DNA of 63,563 nt, filler included, from Chrysochromulina tobinii (taxonomy: Eukaryota): NCBI GenBank assembly GCA_001275005.1. It is 6 parts of 6 records of this genome, joined end to end, with 100 filler letters (N's around TTAATTAATTAA, not from the genome) between each part and the next. Parts side by side here need not be neighbours in the genome. Positions count along the whole stretch, not along the records: positions 37,030 to 51,604 come from JWZX01000737.1; positions 51,705 to 60,761 come from JWZX01000739.1; 4 more parts are not named here. One strand, given 5' to 3'. This document shows, in pieces, positions 39,131 through 51,981 of the stretch (positions are counted from its first letter, which is position 1; each line of letters opens with the position of its first letter). A program made the translations under genes and the position numbers. The notes under the pieces are model-generated. The model did not search any database, was not told the origin of the DNA, and saw only the letters and a list, made by a program, of their open reading frames with translations.

Positions 39131-41854
39131 CTACTCGAGACCTCTCTGGACTAACTCTGGACTCTCCTCTCCCGGCGACTCCTGCTGGTTTGACGGCCCG
39201 CCTCCTCCGACCCATGCTTCAATCTGCACAGTTAACTGGCGTAGAATGCCTTGCTGCCCTTGGAGGGCGGCCCGGCGTTCAGAATTCCGTCGTTCAACTC
39301 GTGGAGCCAAAAGATAGCGGTGTATCTCCTGGATTCTTCTCGCGGCAACCTCTCTAGTTTGCGCCTCAAAAGCCGCCAGTTGATCTTCTCTCTTCTTCGC
39401 CAGTTCATCTTCCCACTTCTTCTTTTTGTTTGAATTGGCCTTGCGGCACGCGCGTCCGATGATGCCTGCTGCCTGCTCCTGCTCCTTTTCCCGCACCAGT
39501 CTCGGGCCCATGCGACGGCGGAACTGGCGCTGCAGAAAAACGGCCGCTGCGTTCATCGCAAGCCCCGTAGTGGGTGATGCAGTTGCAATCTTCCGTTCGA
39601 TGGGGGGGTTTTCCTCGAAGACGCGGAGCGGGGAGCGCAGATCCATAGACGTGCCCTCGCTGTCGCCATCGAATCGAATCACCGCAACGCCGTCCTCGCG
39701 CACCCGTTCGACCGTTCCCACCCTTTTTGACACCCGTCCACGCAGGCTCGACGTGTGGCCGTCCGGTGGGTTCTTGGGGCTGATGACGCGCAGCCGTGTC
39801 TCCGGCGAGCAACAGTAGACCAGGGGCGTCATCGCACTTGGGCGGACGTGCAAGTCCAAGAAGATGCCCATGGCCTTCAGCTGCACCTGCAGTGGCGACC
39901 CGTGCGTGCGTGGATCGATCCGCAACCAGCATTCCGGAAGATCCAGCCTCATCCGTCGTCTCAAGACACGCGCCACGAAAGCGGCGTCATCGTAGCATTG
40001 CTCCGGCGTGGGCTTCCACCCCGGCAAAAGCTCACCCACGCACTCAATGGTGCCGTTCACAGCAGCCAAGACCTCCGACCCACCCTGCGGTAGCTTCAAT
40101 GCCTCCTCCGAGGTGCTGCTGCCTCCGAAGTTGAGTACCACATGTTGCAGGCGCATGAGGGTCTCGAGGGGCTGCTTGCACTCGAGACGCAACTTTCGCA
40201 CCTGCTCATCGCCGCTGGTCTTGACGGCAGCGACCGACAGGCGATTGACTGCGGCTCGAATTTGCGCTGCTGGCCGTATCGTGCGCGGCGCAATTTCGAT
40301 AGAGCGTCTAACCTCGCCTTTGAAGTCGACTGCGAGGCTAGCAACAATGCAGGGCGGCCGCTGCAGCGGCACCTTCAGGGGCAACCATGGACTTACAATG
40401 ACGAGCCGAGGCACCTTCGGAGGCACCTTCTTTGGCGGCGCCAAGTCGGGTTGGTCGCAAGCTTCCAGTGACATTGGCTCCATAGAATCGGCATCAGATA
40501 GAGGCGGCGGCGGCGGCGGTGGCGGCAGTGGCGGCGCTGGCAGCACTGGCATGGAAGCGGGCGAGGTGGTGTCAATAATCTCATGATCGGCAGGTGTGGC
40601 AACGTCAGGAGCAGCGGCTTGAGCAGCGGTGACGGCAGGGTCGGCGACGGCAGGATCATGGACGGCAGGTTCAGCGACGGCAGACGAAACGACGGTGGGT
40701 TCAGCGACGGCAAGATCAGCGACGGCAGGATCGGCGATGGCAGGCGAAACGACGGCAGATTCAGCGATGGCAGGATCAGCGACGGCAGGCGAAACGACGG
40801 CAGGTGAAGCGGCAGCAGCGCCAGTAGCCGCTCGAGCAGCCGCTCGCGCCCCAGGCGCTCGAGCGTGGACAAGAACCAAAGTCGAAGGTCCCGAAGCAGG
40901 TGTGACGGGTCTAGAGGAACCGACTGATGAGGCTTTTTCGAGGTAAGCCATGGTAGTCGCCGATGCGGGACGCATGTATGGCCGCCAAGGCTCAGAACGA
41001 GTCGAGGACGCGGGATCCGACCGATAAGTTGCGATGCCGCGCTCGAGGCGTCGCCTGACTTTCTGAGCCCATCGTTTCTCCTCTTGCATCCGTTCGTTCT
41101 TGAGGTACCACTGGCGCCGATCGTGCGGGGTCTTACCGTCGATGATCCTAGTGTGACCACCATCGAGATGAGGTTTAATGCGACCGTTGGGGACATCGTA
41201 CTCGGTGATGACTGGCATGCCGCCCTCGGCGATGACTGGCTGCTCTGGTTTCCATGGCTGCACCGATGGAGCCTTGACCGTCGAGGGATACGCGTCGAGC
41301 GTGAGAATGGGACGGTTGGGAGAATAGCGGGCGTGCTCAGCCGAGGCCGATGGAACCTGCTTTTGGAAACCTGCTTTGAAAGCTTGGGAAGACTGTGAGG
41401 CTGTCACGTGCCCCTGTTCGCATGTCGGAGGGCTCCACGTCCTGGCCCATGTGATTGATCCTGCCATGACTGTCGCAGCATTCGTCGTCGCCGGCATTGC
41501 GACTGCCGCCGAAGCCACCACCTTGACCGGCGCCCGCTTGACGAAGCCAGTCCTCGTTTTGACGGTGAGCATTCGTGTGGCAGCCATGGACTCCGCAACT
41601 GGTGCAGTACCTTGGTTGTGCGACTCGAACTTGTCGAAGGCGACGCGCCCGGCGCCGGCCACCCCCACCTTATGGTAAGGGTTGTTTGATTGGGCCGCCT
41701 TGGGCGACATCGCCCTGAAGCCCGCTGACGGGGGCGGCGGTCGACGAGAAGGCATGGCATCGTATATGCGGAGCACGTCCATGGACGTGCGCCAGCGCCA
41801 GGGCACTTCGCGGGGCGAAAGCTTGCTGGATGGCGGACCAAAAGTCGTTTTCAT
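39131..41854 (-). CDS. Hypothetical protein with PAVAD-type 5-aa repeats, a poly-Pro tract and IQ-like motifs
   Basis: ORF of about 900 aa. 15-bp repeats at about 40630-40810; IQ-like AAVFLQRQFRRR and AARRIQ near the C-terminus. Confidence 0.65.
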   Translation of the reverse strand: MKTTFGPPSSKLSPREVPWRWRTSMDVLRIYDAMPSRRPPPPSAGFRAMSPKAAQSNNPYHKVGVAGAGRVAFDKFESHNQGTAPVAESMAATRMLTVKTRTGFVKRAPVKVVASAAVAMPATTNAATVMAGSITWARTWSPPTCEQGHVTASQSSQAFKAGFQKQVPSASAEHARYSPNRPILTLDAYPSTVKAPSVQPWKPEQPVIAEGGMPVITEYDVPNGRIKPHLDGGHTRIIDGKTPHDRRQWYLKNERMQEEKRWAQKVRRRLERGIATYRSDPASSTRSEPWRPYMRPASATTMAYLEKASSVGSSRPVTPASGPSTLVLVHARAPGARAAARAATGAAAASPAVVSPAVADPAIAESAVVSPAIADPAVADLAVAEPTVVSSAVAEPAVHDPAVADPAVTAAQAAAPDVATPADHEIIDTTSPASMPVLPAPPLPPPPPPPPLSDADSMEPMSLEACDQPDLAPPKKVPPKVPRLVIVSPWLPLKVPLQRPPCIVASLAVDFKGEVRRSIEIAPRTIRPAAQIRAAVNRLSVAAVKTSGDEQVRKLRLECKQPLETLMRLQHVVLNFGGSSTSEEALKLPQGGSEVLAAVNGTIECVGELLPGWKPTPEQCYDDAAFVARVLRRRMRLDLPECWLRIDPRTHGSPLQVQLKAMGIFLDLHVRPSAMTPLVYCCSPETRLRVISPKNPPDGHTSSLRGRVSKRVGTVERVREDGVAVIRFDGDSEGTSMDLRSPLRVFEENPPIERKIATASPTTGLAMNAAAVFLQRQFRRRMGPRLVREKEQEQAAGIIGRACRKANSNKKKKWEDELAKKREDQLAAFEAQTREVAARRIQEIHRYLLAPRVERRNSERRAALQGQQGILRQLTVQIEAWVGGGGPSNQQESPGEESPELVQRGLE

Positions 41855-42088
41855 CTCAAAAAGAAGCCCCTCTACCGGGTACACTCGAAGCTACGGGTTA
41901 TTTATGACTATGTACTCAGGTGAAATGTTTTGAGGCTCGACCGTTTGCACGATAGGATATTTGGAGATTCGAATGTACCGGGTATTCATGTTTCAATCCC
42001 CTTAAAAGTCGACTCGACGCTACCGGTAACCCTACCCCATCAAATCTCGTCTCAGGCTCCCTCTTGGAATCTACACCTGATCCTGCCC

Positions 42089-45000
42089 CTAACCTGTGAA
42101 GTGTGAATTAATAACATTCAATTCACACTTCACAGTTCCGAGCGCGGGCACCCGCACGCGCCCGAAGCGACATTCGTAGTGTGAGCCACCACCGAAGCCG
42201 GCGCCGACGAGGGTGAGGTTGATGCCGCCGACGGCGGGGCCGAGGGGCGGGAGGAGAGCGGAGACGACGGGCGTCGCCTCGAAGAAGAAAGTGAGCGCGC
42301 TGGGCGCAACGTCCTGCGCATTCAAGCTGAGGCGGAGGGCGGCGGGTCCGGGGGCGAGCGAGCCTGGCGAATAGCATCGGACGTGCGCGTCGTCGATCAA
42401 CGTGGCTGGGCACGACGGTGTCATCATTGAAATGGCATCGGTATAGGTGGCGCTCACCCGCGCCCAGCCAAGCGCCGCTCACGGTCACCAGCGTGCCAAC
42501 GGAGCCGCCGCCTCGGCAGTCGAAGCTCGTGCACTGGATAGAAAACGCGGGCCCTCTTGCGGGACTCGCCTCCAGCAGCAAGGGCTCGGGAGCGAAGGTG
42601 TAGTTGAACGTGGTGGGCTCGTAATGCTCGCCGTTGAAGCTCACAGCAAGCACGACGCGACCCGGCGCGTGGGGCGGCGTGAGGCAGCGAAGGTCACCCG
42701 TGGCCGCGTCGTACGAGGCGCGCACGATGGCGGCACCCTCATCGGGCGCACTGTCCCCTTGGCCGACGGTGGGCGCGCCCTCTCCTTCCCCAAAGCGGCA
42801 GAGGAGGAGCGAGCCGAACTCGAGGGTGACGCCGGAGATGAGGACGAGGCTGGAGCCGTTGGCGGGCCCGAGGGAGGGGCGCACGCCGAGCAGCCGAGGC
42901 GACGGCTCCTCCCCGGCGATGATCTCGAACCGAAGCGAAGGGGCGAGCGAGTACTGCTGGCCGTTGAGCGTCACGTCGAGGGTCAGTGGCAGCGCGGTGG
43001 ACACGGCGTCGCTCACGTGCGAGCGAGCGGCCGCGAGCACATCAGGTGGTATCGCGGGCGCTGGGCACACGAGCAAGAGCCCGCCGCCCCCGATTTCGAG
43101 TGCACGCGTCTCCACCACGCCGAGGGTGGGCGCGCGGTAACGGCAGCGCGCGTCGGAGCCGTTGGCGAGCCCGCGCCCGCTCAAAAGGATCGGCCGACCG
43201 CCCAAACTCGAATCGAAGGTGGGGAAGACGCTGATGAGGCTCGTGCGGTCCGTCAAGTAACGGAAGCGGAGATTGTCGGAGGTGAAGTCGTGGCCGTTGA
43301 GCGCGATCTCGATCGCGAGCTCGCGCATCGGCCCGCGCACCGAGGGCGGCGTGAGGCAGAGGGCGTGCGTCGCGTTCACAATGGTGGCGGGCACCTCGTT
43401 CGGTGGCAGCCCATGCAGCGCGCGGGCACCGACGCCGTGTGCGCCTTGCAGCGCGTCACTCGTCGTGAGGGCACTGAGCGCGCCAAAGCCGCGCCGCCAC
43501 AGCGCGCCGCCAAAGCGGCAGACGGGCAGCGTGCCATGGCGCGTGAGGTTGGCACCTCGCACGTCGACGAGCGTGCCGCCGAGTGCAGGCCCGGTGGTGG
43601 GCGAGAGGGCGAGCAGCGCGGGAGGGTCGTAGAATCGAAAGGGGAGGGAGGAGGAGGTCTCGTCTTGGCCGTTGAGAGAGATCTGAGGAAGGAGCACGCC
43701 GGCACGCACGCCGGCAGGCGTGGCGCAGTGCACAAAGGGGGCGGCCGGCGTCGTGTTGAGCGCGGGCAGCACCCTTGGGCCCGCCCACTGCGCATTCGCG
43801 TGCGCATCCAGCGCCACGCCGCCGCCCCCTGGCCCGAAGCGGCAATAGTACGACGAGCCATCGCGCAGCCCTTCGCCCGCCAAGAGCAGCAACGAGCCCC
43901 CCGCCGTCGGCCCGCTCGCCGGGGTGATGGCGCTCACAATCGGCCGCCCAATGTAGACGAGGGGAGGCGCAGCGGATTCCTCGTAGTCCTGCCCGTTGCG
44001 CGTGATGTGCAGCGGCGTCGGCTGCGCCTCGGCAGGCGCGCCCACCCAAAGCCGCACGCGGCGCACGCGGCAGGCATTCGCGCCCACGCCGCTCGCCGCC
44101 GCAAAGCCGAGGCGCCACGAGGGATGCGGTGCCCAAGCCGGGATGGGGGCGCCCCGCAGCAGAGCATGCCCGTGGTACAGGATGCTCAAGCCGGCGCGTG
44201 CGCCGCCGTGCGTGCCAAGGTCGTACGCGAGGACCACGGGCACGTACGAGTCCACGCCGCTTGCGCCCGCGCTACCCACCGTGCCGTTGGCGCCGCCGCC
44301 CGCTGACGACGACAGCCCCGCTGACGGCGACGTGCCGCTCGCAAAATTGGCGCTCGCCAAGAGGTCCGCCAGCTGGTGCGCCGTCGTGTTCGGATCCCAC
44401 GCCGCTCGCTCCAAGGCAGCCTGCCGCTCCCACGCCGCCCGCTCCCGATCGCCCTCGTACTCCTCCATCTCCGCCGGCGAGTACTCCTCCTCCGCCTCCG
44501 CCTCCTCCTCCGCCTCCTCCGTGCGGTTCCTCCGCACTGCTACCGCGGCCGCCGCCGCCGCCGGCTGGCCTGCGCGGCGCGGCGCGGGCGGCAGCGCCAG
44601 AGAGTGGAGCACCTGGTCGCCATAGAGCACCTCGAGCCTCGCTGGCCGAAGGCGCGAGAGGAAGCGGAGGCGGAGCCCGAGGCTCGCGCCGCCCGCACCG
44701 AGCCCGCCATCGTCGGAGAGCTCGCCGTAGCTCACGCTCGCCCCGTCGCCATCGCGGCCGAGCTCCAGCTCAAACGAGAGCACGAGGTGCGCCGCGCCGC
44801 CGTAGCGCACGCCCTGAGGCGCCGCACACACGGCCGTACCCTCGGCGTCGTACGTGCTCGAGGGCGTGAGCTCGATGCTGCCGTCGGGTAGGTGGCGGGC
44901 AGCGCCGTGCACGGAGCAGTCGGCGGACGTGGCCTCGAGCGCGGCGCCGGCGGTGGCGGCGGGCGGCGTGTAGCAGATGAGCTGATCGTCAGTCGCGAGC

Positions 45001-48000
45001 GGCTCCGCGGACACGACGACGACGCCAAAGCGGCAGCGGAGCAGCGCCGACGCACCGCCAAAGCCACTCCCACGCAGCGTCAGGCTCGTGCCGCCGGCAG
45101 CGCTCGCCGTCGGCGGGTGGATGGATGACACGACGGGCGGCACGTAATAGCGATACTCGAGCGGCGGCGTCGCAAAGTGCTCGTCGCGACCGTTGAGGCT
45201 CAGCCGGAGCGGCACCACGCCGCCGCTGCTTGCCAGGCCCAGCCCGCCCGCATCCGCCGCCGACGGTGCGATGCATCGGAGCACGTCGCCACCGCCGAGC
45301 TCGGCGAGGGTCGCGTTGACGACTCCGGCGCCAAAGATGCACCTACGGTCGTGGCCGCGCGCGAGGGCGGTGCCGTGGACGATGACGAGGGTGCCGCCCG
45401 AGGTGGGACCGAGCGCGGAGGTGCTCCCCAACGTGTCCACCACCGCACGCTCGGCCGTCGCGTGGACGAACTCGAAAGGCAACGGATTCACGGCCGTTGG
45501 GTCGGCGTCGAGCCACCGATCGTACGCGTGCTCGATGCCGTTGAGAGAGAGGCTCACGTTCACCAGGAGGCCCTCGCCAGGCGCGAGCGCCGTGGACGGC
45601 GCGTCGCACAGCACGGCCTCGTCGGAGGCATTGAACGAGGCGGCCACTGACATGTGTCCGAAGAGGCATCGGTAGTCGGTGCCGCCGCCGAAGTTGGCGC
45701 CGCGGAGGACGACGGGGGTGCTCAGGGCGGCCGCGCCCGTGCGTGGCGCGACTGAAGAGACGACCGGGGGTGCGCGGTACCCAAACGTGTGGGAAGCGAG
45801 CGCCTCGAATTGCTGGCCGTTGCGCGAGAGGAAGACTGGCACCTCGGCCGTGGAGCGAAGCGCGCCACTCGCAATCTGGACGTTGTCAATCCACTGCATC
45901 TGGTGCGAGGAGCCGCGGGAGCCATGGACGCCCACGCGCCACGTGGCCGCCGGCCGCCAGCCGTTGAGCGCCCACCCGTCCACGAGGCGCACGTCATCGT
46001 ACCAGAGGCTGAGCCGGCCTGCGACGATGCTCAGCTGCAGCCGGCGCCAGCTGCGCGAAGGCAGCGCCACCGACGGCAGCCACGCCGTGTACTCCTGCCA
46101 CGCCGCGCTGTGACTGACGCCCGGGCTCGAGGCGCGGGGCTGGTGGATGATTCGGACGTACGTGGCGACGCTCGCATTCGTCGCGTTCGCGTCGCGCGCC
46201 GCGCCGTAGCCGAGCAGCACGCGCACGCCCGCCGCGGCCTCCGCCTCTTCCTCCTCCTCCTCGTCGTTGCCCACGGTCGACGGAGGGCGAGAGGGCGACG
46301 GGGCATTACCTACCGCTTCGTACGAAGGCACTCGGCTTCGGAGTTCGCAGGCGCCGTCGCGCCGACGGCATTCGCCCGCGGCGATCGCCACATCGTCTGC
46401 TGTGAACGTCGTCGCCGACCAGTGCAGGTCAGGCCCCACCGCGGCGTACCCGCCCACGCCGGCGCCCCCGTCCTCCGCCTCCGGCGCGACCTCCGTTTCG
46501 TCCGTTTCGTCCGTTTCGTCCGGTTCGTCGCCGAGAGGGCCGAGGGCGGTGGGCAGCCGAGCGTTGCCAAAGCTGAGGCACAGTCCGTGTGGGTCGATGG
46601 CGTGACGGCTGCCCGCCCACGGCCCCGTCATGAGTACGTCTAGGCTCAGGACCAGGTGCTCGAGCGGTGGACGCGGCCCAAGCACACGCACCCGCAGCGC
46701 TCCGTAGTCGACGCGCCGCCATTCGGGGTAGCCCCGCACGGTCAGGCGCAGGGCGCCGCGCTCGATGCGCGCGAGCCCACTCAGCTCCACGGCTAGCCCG
46801 TGCTGCGCCCACGCCGCCGCTGCTGCCGCTGTGCCGTTGACACCATCGGACACTTCGCTGAATGTGAGCATCCGAGCGCCGTCGCCCGAGCGCTCGCGCG
46901 AGACGTCGCCATAAAAGGTGCGCGGCTCAGGCGCGAGCAGCGGAGCGAGGGCTAGGTGCGCGTGCGGCGAGGTGCACTGCACGCCTCCCACTGCGGCGTC
47001 GTACGTGGCGGGCACCACCGCATACCCAAAGCGGCACGCGTACGACAGCCCCCCGCCGAGCCCGTCGCCGCCACGCAGTGTGACATTGGTGCCGCCGATG
47101 CTAAGCCCCTGCGGCGGGAAGAGGTCAAAGGCGGCGGCGCGTGCGTAGTACGTGAACCCGAGCGGCGTCGGCTGGCCGCCATCGTACTGCTGAGCGTTGA
47201 GGGAGAGGCGCACGGCGGCGGAGCGAACAACGGCCGATGGCGGCGTCACGCATCGCATTGTGCCGTCGGCCAATGAGGCCGTGCCCATCACCTCAACGCC
47301 GTCGAATGCGCAGCGTGCGCCGCCCCGCCAGGCGCTCGGAGCTGCCACCTCGAGGAGCGCCATTGCCGCGCGCGCCTCGGCGCCGCCCTCGATGGTGACG
47401 ACCGTGCCGCCCACCACCGGTCCCCCCAAGGGCGCGACCACCGCCCAAGACGGCGGCACATAGTATGCAAAGCGCGCCGCCGCCTCGTGCCATTGATGGC
47501 CGTTCAGGGAGAGGGCGATACGCCCGTCCAAGGCCAGTCCGCCCGCGCCCAGCGCCGCCCCGCCGTCGTGAGAGCCGTTGAGGGGAGGGACGAGGCATCC
47601 GAGCGAACCGAGCGCGAGCAGCGGCGGCGGCACGGGCGGCGCAGACGGCCACTGCCAGCGGGCCGAGCGAGCGGGCGCGAGCAAGGCCCCCGGGGGCGGC
47701 GGCGCGCCCGGCGGCGAGGCGGGCGGCAGGAGGTGGCTCGTAGCGGCGCCGAGGCTCGCATTGGAGCACGCGGACACGTCAGCGAGGACGCGCACCCCTC
47801 CGAGCATGCAATGGAGCGGCGCGAGGCCCACGCACAGCGACGGGCCTCGCAGCGTGAGCCGCGTGCCGCCGTGCACAGGGCCCGCGTGCGGCGCGAACCA
47901 CGAGACGCGCGGCGGCTGCGCATAGGTCAGCAGCGGCCCTTGCGTCGAGAAGTCGGCGCCACCGTTGCCGCTCACCTCGACGGAAGAGGTCACGACGGAA

Positions 48001-51000
48001 GCAAAGTGGGCCGAGCGCACCGAGATGGAGCGCACGTGGTGATCGCCGCTCAGCAGGCCGGTTCGCGCGCCAAAGCCGATCCGCCAGTGGCTCTGCGGCC
48101 GCCAGAGCGGCCACAGCCGCGCTTCTGCCGCGCCTGCGTCGAGCGTCGTGCTGGCGCCCGGCATGCCGTCGGCCGAGGCACTCGCGGGCGTCGTCTCGGG
48201 CGCTTCTGCGAGCGTCACGTTGGCGAGGAGGGTGGTGGAGTGCAGCCGCACGCTCACGCCACCTGCCGCATCGACGGAGAGGCGGAGTGGCACGTACTGC
48301 GTGGACGTACTACGCAGCAGCGGCTCGGCGCGCACGCTCGCGAGCACTTGGCCGCCCAAGAGCAATTCCACGCTCATGTCAAGGTTGGTGCGCAGCCGCA
48401 GCACAAGCCCGGGGTACTCGCCCACACCAGCGTACTCGCCCGCCCCAGCGTACTCGCCCACCCCCGCACCGCCGCCCGCTGAGTAGGCCCGCTGCTCGCC
48501 GCCACCGCCGCCGCCGCCGCCGCCGCCATCGGACGAGGCGGGCTGCGGCCCCAACTCACCAAACGGCGCCGTCGTGGGCGGGCCGTACACGACGCTCAGC
48601 CCGTCCGAGTCGCTGCCGGCGCCGAGCAGCACCTCCGCACTCAGGCCAAAGTGGCTGAGCGGAGCATGCGGCTCCGAGGGGAGTACCCACGCGGATCCGC
48701 TCGCGAACGGGCCACCGAAGCGCGTGAGCACGAGTGTGCCGCCCTCGAGGCGCGCCGTACCGAGCATCTCGAGCGAGGCCGGCTGCGGCGGAGGCGGTAG
48801 CCAGCCGAGCGCCGCGCTCGACGAGCTCAGCCCGAGATCGAGCCGGAGCTCCGCCTCGTGCCCACCCGCGGCCGCAGCCGAGGGGGTGGTGCACACGAGG
48901 GTGCTCGGCGAGAGGAGCGTCGCGCGGATGAGCGAGCGCTCCCGCGTGGGGCTACCGTACCCAAACGCACAGAGGCTCGAGCCGTTGGGTAAGCTGGCGA
49001 AGCCATGCCCGTGCAAGGTGATCGGCACGCCGCCCGCGTGTGGCAGCAGCACAGGGCTCGGACCGGCGCCAAAGACGCTCACCGAACTGACAGTGGGGGC
49101 CGCATAGTACGCAAAGTAGAGAGGCTCCGTCGTCGTCACGTTGTCGGCCATGGCGACGGCGACGCTCACCGATCGCCGGTGGGCGAGCGTCGGCGCCGTG
49201 TCGAGCGCGACACTGAGGGCGGGCAGCGGCGGTGTGTGGCAGAGGAGCTCATCGTTCGTGCGGCCGACGTGGGCGGGAACACGCGCGCCGTCGATGAGGC
49301 ATGCGCACGCGTTGGGTGCAGCACACGAGGGGAGTGCCTCTCCTGTGATTGTGATCGTGGTGCCGCCGTCCGAGGGCCCGCTCGTAGGCACCAGACCGAC
49401 GAGGGCCCAGGTGGTGAAGATGGCGGCGTCCTCGCTCCAGTGCACGCCACCATCGTGACTCAGCCGAACCGCGATGCGAGAGGCGCTCGGGACGGCGCTC
49501 CGGACCGAGCAACCCACCAGACCGTCGGGTACGCACGTGCGCGCGAGGGCGCTCGGGATGGCGCTCGGGTCGGTGGGGCTGGCGCTGCCAGAGTGCGCGC
49601 CACCGCCACCGCCGTCGACACTGCTCTGAGGCACGGGGCGGCTGCTGCTATTGGCGACGACGAGGAGGGTGGCGGACGATACGTGCAGCGGCGGCACGCC
49701 CGAGCGCTCGGGACGGCGCTCGTCGGAAGCATCGAAGATTCCGCAGAGCAGTTCGATTGCCGCCACCGCCGCCGCCGCCTCCGCCGCGCCGTCCACCGCC
49801 GCCTCGGATGCATGCGCCAAGCTGGCCGTTGGCGTGGGGCGTGGCACGTTGCATGCATGCAAGGTGATGCTATGGCTCTGCAACGCGCCCCCCGGCTCAC
49901 GCCGACGCCCATGCGCGGGGTGCGGGAGCGCGCCCACGCGTGGCGGCACTCGGTCGTCGTAGAGCACAAGGCGGAGTGGCATCGAGTCAGGCTGCGGCGG
50001 TGGCCCTCGCAGGACCAGATCCACTTGCCCGATGGGTACGTCCTCCGCCAAAGTGACGAGACATCGAATCTCAGATCGAATCTCGGATCGCAAGGGTGAC
50101 GCGCTGGCGCCGAGCGCGGTCCCGAGCGCATCGTCGCCGCTGCCTGCCTCCAAATCGCCCACGACGTCGCCGCGGTCGATGGGCGCCGTCATGGGCGCCT
50201 CGAGCGGTGTGAACGGATTGTTCACGAGCGTGGCCGCAAACGGCCGCCCAGCGAGCACGCAATGCGTCCCAACGGCCGCAAAGTTACGACCCGTCACTCG
50301 CAGCTCGATGGGCCGGCGCTCGGCGGCCGCCCCCCTCGGCGCCAGCGCCCTCAGCGGTGATGGCAACGGCGTAACGCCTCCCGATGGGTAGCGCTCGCGG
50401 CGTGGCCTCATGCACGCGCGGTGCCTCCGAGCTGTTGTACAAGTGGAGGGGCAAGGCCGCGGCCGCATCGGCCGAGCTCCACAGCTCACCGGCCGCACCC
50501 GCCGCTCCGAGGTAGAGGGGGAGCGTGCCCGTGTGCGTGCGCACGTCGGGCAGCGGGCAGCTGGCGGTGCCTACCGAATCGCGTGCGGGCGCGAGCATCA
50601 CACCACCGACCGCGCCGATGGTCACCAACGGCACAGCGCCGCCCACGCCTGCTGGCAGGAGCGTCAGGTTGGCGCGCTCGAGTGACGGCGTGTCGCCGAG
50701 GCGGCACAGCAGCGGCGCGCTCGCGAGCCGGCGCAGGTTCGCCGCTCGCAGTGTCACGTAGGCGACGGAGGCCACGTCGATACACGATTGCGCGGCCGAG
50801 AGCGGCGTGGGAGCGCTGGCGCTGTCGTGGCACGTGAGCGGCTCGGGCGAGAGGGCGGACCAGCGTGCGCCGCCGTCGTGCGAGATCCGCAGCCTCAGGT
50901 CGCCAAGCAGTGACGTCGGCGGCACGGCGCACAGCACCTCGCCCGCACTCTCGTTGCGCAGGCCGCGCACGGGCGCGCCGCCGAGCGTGGCGCTCGCCCG

Positions 51001-51495
51001 GCCGACGGCCGATCCAAAGTCGCACATCAAGTGGTCGCCCGTGGGTGCAAGATTGCGCGCGCGCACGGTGACGACCGCGCCGCCGAGGCCGCCGCTGCTG
51101 CGCGCCGCGCATGCCACGCCGCTCGGAGCAAACGAGAGGAGCTCCGGCGGCACCTGCGCATCGTAGTAGACGATCGTCGCATTGCCGACGTCGACGGGCG
51201 AGACGGAGCCGCCGGCCGCGGTGACATTTCCGACGAGCCTGAGCGGTGCGGCACCTATGTCACGCAGCGACGTGGGCGCGAGGCAGAGGCACGTGCGCTG
51301 CTCAGTCCCGTTCGCGGTGGCCTCGCACGGAGAGGAGATGTCGCCGTCGAAGACGCAGCGCGGTCCGAGCGGGAGCGTCACCGGCGCACGCACCTCTAGT
51401 CGCGCGCCGCTGCGAGCGTCGACGGCGAGCGGCCTCACGTCGAGCGTAGGCAGCGTCGCAGCGAGCCAGGAAAGCCAATGCACCAGGAAAGCCAT
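42089..51495 (-). CDS. Giant secreted IPT/TIG-repeat protein with interspersed legume-lectin/ConA-like domains; two frame breaks and a truncated end (pseudogene or assembly errors)
   Basis: Signal-peptide-like MAFLVHWLSWLAATLPTL. Many PxSGPxxGGTxxxxxG...CxFG...CxxP...SLNG units, and DGLSVVYG...WRIGFGARTG lectin-like segments. Spread over ORFs 51495-50284, 50498-42123 and 42457-42089. Confidence 0.85.
42094..42135. repeat. Perfect 16-bp inverted repeat with a 10-nt loop
   Basis: ctgtgaagtgtgaatt (42094-42109) and aattcacacttcacag (42120-42135). Confidence 0.95.
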
Positions 51496-51604
51496 GTGGC
51501 GCCAATCACAGCCAATGTTGTAAACTTGGTCGCGTAGGTTGGTGATTGCAGGTTCATCAAACTACACAAAGGCAGCCTGGTGAGCGCGACATCCCGGTCC
51601 CTGC

Positions 51605-51704
51605 NNNNNNNNNNNNNNNNNNNNNNNNNNNNNNNNNNNNNNNNNNNNTTAATTAATTAANNNNNNNNNNNNNNNNNNNNNNNNNNNNNNNNNNNNNNNN
51701 NNNN
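51605..51704. other. Artificial contig linker
   Basis: 44 N + TTAATTAATTAA + 44 N. Confidence 0.99.
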
Positions 51705-51981
51705 GAAGCCCTAAATTCGAGGTTATGGCCTCGAGCATGCGCTGCGACGGGGAAGCGCGCCTCGATGAGGCAGAGCCGCGTCCCCCGTTTTCCGGCCGCT
51801 TTCTTGGAAGGTCAGAAACTTGGCGACAGTGACCAAATTAGAAACCCAATCAACCATGGAAATTTAGTGGGAAAGTTTAGTAGTGGGATCTGTGATCGCT
51901 GGCTAGGTGTGCACGAATCGAGATCTTGATTCTTCGTTTCTTGTCGTTTCGTCCGAAGTTTACACTCGAAGACTGACACGC

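Noticed and set aside
42447..50099. Long plus-strand ORFs (for example the 619-aa ORF at 42447-44306)
   Set aside because: They are antisense to the IPT gene, Arg/Ala-rich, and have no recognisable domain.
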